Source of the DNA: an uncultured Actinomycetes bacterium
GTDB lineage: Bacteria; Actinomycetota; Actinomycetes; S36-B12; CAIYMF01
Assembly (NCBI GenBank): GCA_963843975.1
Contig: CAWJMG010000001.1
Location: 540,001 to 572,000, forward strand
DNA length: 32,000 nucleotides
Reading direction: 5' to 3'
Each line of letters opens with the position of its first letter. The first letter of the stretch is position 1. Shown piece after piece: positions 28,027 to 32,000 of this stretch. Position numbers and translations under genes: made by a program. Under the pieces are notes generated by a model, which was not told the origin of the DNA, made no database searches, and worked only from the letters and a program-made list of their open reading frames with translations.

Positions 28027-29082
28027 TCAGGGTCGGCGGACGAGGTCGGGTCCGACGTCGTCCGGCCCTCGCACGCCCGCGAGTCCGAACGCCTCACGCG
28101 TGCTGTCGCTGAGCTCGTCGAGCACCTCGCGCACACCGTCAGCACCGTCGACGGCGAGGCCCCACAGCACGGGGCGACCGACGAGGACGGCACGGGCTCC
28201 GAGAGCGAGCGCGCGCAGCACGTGCGTGCCCGTGCGGATGCCGCCGTCGACGTACACCTCGGCGCGGTCGCCGACGGCGTCCACCACCTCGGGGAGTGCC
28301 ACGGGCGACGGCAGGACGCCGTCGAGCTGGCGGCCACCGTGCGTCGACACGATGACGGCGTCGGCTCCGGCATCGATGCAGCGGAGCGCCTCGTCGCCGC
28401 GCAGGACCCCCTTGGCCACCACGGGAAGTCCGGTGAGCGCCTTGAGCCGCGCGATGTCGGCGGGCCCGAGGTCCGGCGCCTGCTGGTAACGCGGGTCGGC
28501 GGGGTCGCGGCCCGCGAGCGCCTCCACGATCGCCTCAGGCGGCAGCGGTGGGAGCGGGCCGGTCGGCTTGTGCGCCACGAAGGGGACGTCGACGGTCACG
28601 ACGAGGGCGCTTGCGCCAGCCGCCGCAGCACGACGCGCGACCTCGTCTGAGACGCCGCGGTCGCCGAGCACGTACATCTGCTGCCACCACGGTCCGGCCG
28701 CCGCGGCGACGTCCTCGACAGTGCGGCTCGCGCGCATCGACAGGACCAAGAGAGAGCCGGCATCACGTGTGCCGGCCGCGGTCGCGACCTCGCCGTCCGC
28801 GTGCGCGAGGCCGTGCAGCGCGGCCGGCGCGACGAGCACCGGGGTACGGAGCTCGGTGCCGAGCACGGTGACGGAGGTGGTCACCGACGAGACGTCGCGC
28901 AGAAGCCGTGGCCGCAGGTGGAGGTCGTCCCAGGCCTGCTCCTGATGAGCCAGCGTGCGCTGCGCCCCGGACCCGGCCGCGTAGTAGCGGTAGACCTCGT
29001 CGGGCAGGACGGCGCGGGCACGCTCCTGCGGCGACCAGGCGTCGGGGATCCCGGGCATGACGCCATCGTCCCGTGCGGACAC
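28027..29082 (-). CDS. FMN-dependent alpha-hydroxy-acid oxidase/dehydrogenase (LldD / glycolate oxidase family)
   Basis: TIM-barrel family motifs: LRPRLLRDVS, PVLVAPAALHGLAH, WWQQMYV, VVKGVL, GADAVIVSTHGGRQLDG, VYVDGGIRTGTHVLRALALGA. The start may be 29082 or the internal ATG at 29058. Confidence 0.85.
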   Translation of the reverse strand: MSARDDGVMPGIPDAWSPQERARAVLPDEVYRYYAAGSGAQRTLAHQEQAWDDLHLRPRLLRDVSSVTTSVTVLGTELRTPVLVAPAALHGLAHADGEVATAAGTRDAGSLLVLSMRASRTVEDVAAAAGPWWQQMYVLGDRGVSDEVARRAAAAGASALVVTVDVPFVAHKPTGPLPPLPPEAIVEALAGRDPADPRYQQAPDLGPADIARLKALTGLPVVAKGVLRGDEALRCIDAGADAVIVSTHGGRQLDGVLPSPVALPEVVDAVGDRAEVYVDGGIRTGTHVLRALALGARAVLVGRPVLWGLAVDGADGVREVLDELSDSTREAFGLAGVRGPDDVGPDLVRRP

Positions 29083-29085
29083 CGG

Positions 29086-30438
29086 CTACTGCTCGCCGCG
29101 TCCGGCGTCGGTGTTGAGGTGGGACTGCGAGTCGCGCAGGGTCGGGAGGTAGCCGCCGGTCGTGTAGTACCGCTTGCCGGCGACCAGCAGCTCCTCGGCG
29201 GGGAACTTGGTGATGACCTCGGCGCCGGTCGCGGTGACCACGACCTCCTCCTCGATGCGCGCCGCACCCCAGCCGTCAGCGGCGGGCCAGTACGTCTCGA
29301 GCGCGAAGACCATGCCCTCCTCGAGGGTCTCCGGGGCGTCGAAGGACGTCATGCGGCGAGAAGATCGGCCGCTCCCAGATCGACAGGCCGAGGCCGTGGC
29401 CGTACTGCAGCGCGAACGCCGCCTCCTCGTTGGCGAAGCCGAACTCCTCCGCCCTCGGCCACAGCGACACGATGTCCGCCGTCGTCACGCCCGGCTTCAC
29501 CGCAGCGATCGCGCGGTCCATGTAGCTCGCGGCAGATCACGTAGGCATCGCGCTGCGCGCGCGACGCGGACCCGACGGCGAACGTGCGGTAGTAGCACGT
29601 CCGGTAGCCCATGAAGCGAGTGCAGGATGTCGAAGAAAGCCGGGTCGCCCGGGCGGATCAACCGGTCGCTGTAGACGTGCGGGTGCGGGCTGCAGCGCTC
29701 GCCCGAGATCGCGTTGACGCCCTCGACGTGCTCGGACCCGAGGTCGTACAGCGTCTTGGCCACCAGGCCGACGCACTCGTTCTCGCGCACGCCCGGGCGC
29801 AGGAACTCGTAGAGGTTCTCGTACGCCGTGTCGACCATCGACGCGGCCTGGGTCAGCAGACCGATCTCGTCCTTGGTCTTGATCCGCCGCGCGGCGAGGA
29901 ACACCTGCTGCCCGTCCACCACCGGCACGCCTGCTGCCTGCAGCGCGAACAGCACATCGGGCTCGATGACGTCGACGCCGACGGGCTGGCCCTCGAGGCC
30001 GAAGTCGCGCAGCACCTGCACGATCTTCGCCGCGACGTCGTCGGCGCGGTGCGCGCCCGGGCCGATCGCGCCGCGCAACGTCGAGATGCCCGCGCGGCTG
30101 CCGTAGTTGTCACCACGCCCGGCGGCCGCGTGCGGTTCGTCGAGCCACGTCGTCTGCAGCGTGTGGTGCTTGGCCGCCGACCCGAAGTCCCACAGCACCG
30201 GGTCCCCACCGCGCGGCAGGATCGCGAACCGGATCATCTTGTCCATCGCCCACGTCCCGATGTGGGTCGCGGTCATGTAGCGGATGTTGTGGAAGTCGAA
30301 GGTCAGCACCGCGCCGAGGCTCGACGCCTCGAGCTCGGCCTTGAGCCGCGCCAGGCGCTCGACCCGGAGGCGGCCCATGTCCAGGCGGGACTCCCAGTCG
30401 ACCTGGTTCGTGCCGTACGTCGCCGTCAGCTTGCTCAT
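29086..30438 (-). pseudogene. M24-family metallopeptidase-fold enzyme (creatinase/prolidase N-domain plus pita-bread domain; DddP/creatinase-like), broken by three single-nt frame shifts
   Basis: Four consecutive track ORFs carry contiguous homologous sequence in three frames: 29497..30438, 29349..29612, 29276..29521 and 29086..29352. The junctions are ...FFDILHS|FMGYRTCYYRTFAVG...RDAYVICRE|YMDRAIAAVKPG...GHGLGLSIWERPIFS|RMTSFDAPETLEEGMVFALETYW..., at about 29616, 29525 and 29356. Confidence 0.85.
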
Positions 30439-30475
30439 GGGACAGATCCTCCAGAACGGCCGAGACCAGGGGTCG

Positions 30476-30483
30476 ATGTTCAG
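30476..30483 (-). promoter_or_regulatory. shared 8-mer (plus ATGTTCAG, minus CTGAACAT) 37 nt upstream of the M24 start; a second copy lies at 31467-31474
   Basis: AT-richer patch gatgttcagtgtgactgtactgag containing the inverted repeat TCAGT-N8-ACTGA. Confidence 0.3.
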
Positions 30484-30540
30484 TGTGACTGTACTGAGCG
30501 CGACGCCGTCTGCACAGGTCGGAGACGGTCCGGCTCGCCG

Positions 30541-31431
30541 TCAGGGCTGCGGCTCGGTGCGCTCCTGCAGGTAGCGACCCAACGCCGCCATGTCCTGGCC
30601 GCCCCAGCCGGCAGCCTGGGCCGACTCGACCTGGCCCCGGGCCGCCCGGGTGGTCGCGAGCGGTACGCCGAGGCTTTCGGCGAGCTCCACGATGAGGCCG
30701 AGGTCCTTGGACACCAGGTCGAGGCTCATGGCCACCGGCGTCGACGCGTCGAGGAACGCCGCCCGCTTGTACTGGACGAAGGGCGCGCCCACGACGCTGC
30801 GCGAGAGCACGTCGTACGCGTCGTCCGCGGACACCCCCGCCGCCACTGCCAGGGCCAGCGACTCCGACAGCGCCGCGTTCAGGTCGTGGACGGCGAGGTT
30901 GACGGCCAGCTTCATGACCTGCCCCCGACCCGTCGCGCCGACATGCAGCACCGATCCGGCGAAGGCCGCCAGCACAGGACGTGCGAGGTCCACGTCGGCC
31001 GCGTCACCGCTGGCCATGACGAGGAGCGTGCCGCCGGCGACCGCGGGGACGCTGCCGGACACGGGCGCGTCGACGTAACGCCGACCAGCCGCACCGAAGC
31101 CCGCCGCCAGTCGAGCGGACGCCTCGACTCCGCTCGTTCCGAGGTCGACGACGACGGTGCCGGGGCCGATGGCCTCGAGCACATCGGCGGCGAGCAGCAC
31201 CGCGCAGGTCACGTCGCCGTCGGCGAGCATGGTGAGCACGATCTCGGCCCCGCCCACGGCGTCGACGACCGTGGAGCAGGCGCGGGTGCGGCCGTCCGCG
31301 TCCTCCTGCGCGAGCGACTCGGCGCTCGCCGCGGTCCTGTTCCACACGGCCACGTGGTGCCCGGCGCCGGCCAGCCGCCGAGCCATGGCAGCCCCCATGC
31401 GTCCGAGCCCCAGCACTGCAACAGCCGCCAC
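30541..31431 (-). CDS. NAD(P)-dependent beta-hydroxyacid dehydrogenase (3-hydroxyisobutyrate / 6-phosphogluconate dehydrogenase-like family)
   Basis: Rossmann motif VAVLGLGRMGAAMARRL, DAPVSGS, and the C-terminal all-helical domain. GTG start preceded by GAGAGGGA. Confidence 0.85.
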   Translation of the reverse strand: MAAVAVLGLGRMGAAMARRLAGAGHHVAVWNRTAASAESLAQEDADGRTRACSTVVDAVGGAEIVLTMLADGDVTCAVLLAADVLEAIGPGTVVVDLGTSGVEASARLAAGFGAAGRRYVDAPVSGSVPAVAGGTLLVMASGDAADVDLARPVLAAFAGSVLHVGATGRGQVMKLAVNLAVHDLNAALSESLALAVAAGVSADDAYDVLSRSVVGAPFVQYKRAAFLDASTPVAMSLDLVSKDLGLIVELAESLGVPLATTRAARGQVESAQAAGWGGQDMAALGRYLQERTEPQP

Positions 31432-31466
31432 GTCGCCGTCCCTCTCGTGTCGCGGATCGCGCTCGA

Positions 31467-31474
31467 ATGTTCAG
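31467..31474 (-). promoter_or_regulatory. second copy of ATGTTCAG / CTGAACAT, 35 nt upstream of the beta-hydroxyacid dehydrogenase start
   Basis: The sequence gaATGTTCAGgcagagTGAACgcg includes the inverted repeat GTTCA-N7-TGAAC. Confidence 0.3.
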
Positions 31475-31526
31475 GCAGAGTGAACGCGCACGCCCAGGCT
31501 GTCAAGGCGGGCCGCGACCGCCTCGC

Positions 31527-32000
31527 TCAGGCGCGGGCGGCGCGGACGTACTTGAGGATCCCGTAGTACAGCCCGGTCGCGACCTTCTGCCGGCCTGCGG
31601 CCGTCGACGCGATCCGGGCGTCGGCGGCGTTGCGCATGTTGAGCGCCTCGACCATCACGGTCGGCACGTCGGACATGTTGAGGGTCCCGACGTCCTTGCG
31701 CACCGAGAGAGGGCTGCCGAGGTACGTCGTCTTGCGCAGCCCGCCGGCCGCGAGCCCCGCGATCATCTGCGCGGCGAGCGATCGCGAGCCCGCGTAGATG
31801 TCGTCGGTGTAGCCCTTGTAGAACGCCGGTGCGATCACGTGGAAGCCGCGGCCCGACGCCGGGGCGCCGTCGCCGTGCACCGACACCATGAGGTTGGCCT
31901 TCTCCTGCGCGGCGAACGAGCCGCGGGCGCCCACGCAGGGGCCGTACGTCGCCGCGTTGTTGCGGTCGCGCGTGACGAACACGGTCGCGCCGTGCGCGGC
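31527..32000 (-). CDS. N-acetylmuramoyl-L-alanine amidase (Amidase_3 domain), C-terminal part; 5' end outside window
   Basis: The frame is open to the window edge. ANLMVSVHGDG..., SRSLAAQM..., VPTVMVEALNMRNAADA..., KVATGLYYGILKYV match the Amidase_3 pattern. Confidence 0.8.
   Translation of the reverse strand, partial: AAHGATVFVTRDRNNAATYGPCVGARGSFAAQEKANLMVSVHGDGAPASGRGFHVIAPAFYKGYTDDIYAGSRSLAAQMIAGLAAGGLRKTTYLGSPLSVRKDVGTLNMSDVPTVMVEALNMRNAADARIASTAAGRQKVATGLYYGILKYVRAARA

Overview
High-GC (roughly 70% or more G+C by eye, not computed) actinobacterial chromosomal segment. Gene content and synteny look like a Micrococcales-type core genome. I support about 31 protein-coding genes, nearly all on the minus strand, and found no rRNA, tRNA, CRISPR array or transposase. 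Gene order is: galK (partial) and glpD on the plus strand; a TerB-like hypothetical, an alkyl/aryl-sulfatase and a membrane protein; a DUF222/HNH endonuclease and an orphan 88-aa ORF; xthA, an acyltransferase-3 and a GNAT; icd, mdh, DUF3017, folD and DUF3291; a DAG-kinase-like lipid kinase, a PAP2 phosphatase and DUF1206; TauE/SafE, an E2 acyltransferase and a fused E1 alpha-beta TPP dehydrogenase, with a divergent VOC enzyme and GntR regulator; a DMT transporter; purH, purN and a PerM-like protein; an FMN alpha-hydroxy-acid oxidase, an M24 creatinase/DddP-like protein and a beta-hydroxyacid dehydrogenase; and an amidase_3 (partial). The observations worth a second look are these. (1) Five clear single-nucleotide frame disruptions occur: glpD once, purN once and the M24 gene three times within 270 bp. 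The GntR gene may carry a sixth, because it misses a stop codon and reads through a perfect 23-bp inverted repeat into the convergent gene. (2) An E3-less fused-E1/E2 cluster is linked to a TauE permease, a VOC enzyme and a GntR regulator, with paired ATG(T/G)ATCCAT palindromes in the divergent control region. (3) Several strong hairpins and palindromes are present, including one that places the perM-like start codon in its loop. (4) The DUF222-HNH gene contains an in-frame 15-bp tandem repeat. I did not find a convincing defence island or a clearly novel multi-gene system; the fused-E1 cluster is the best candidate. Coordinates of internal starts and motifs were read by eye and tied to ORF-track frames, so they may be off by 1 nt.
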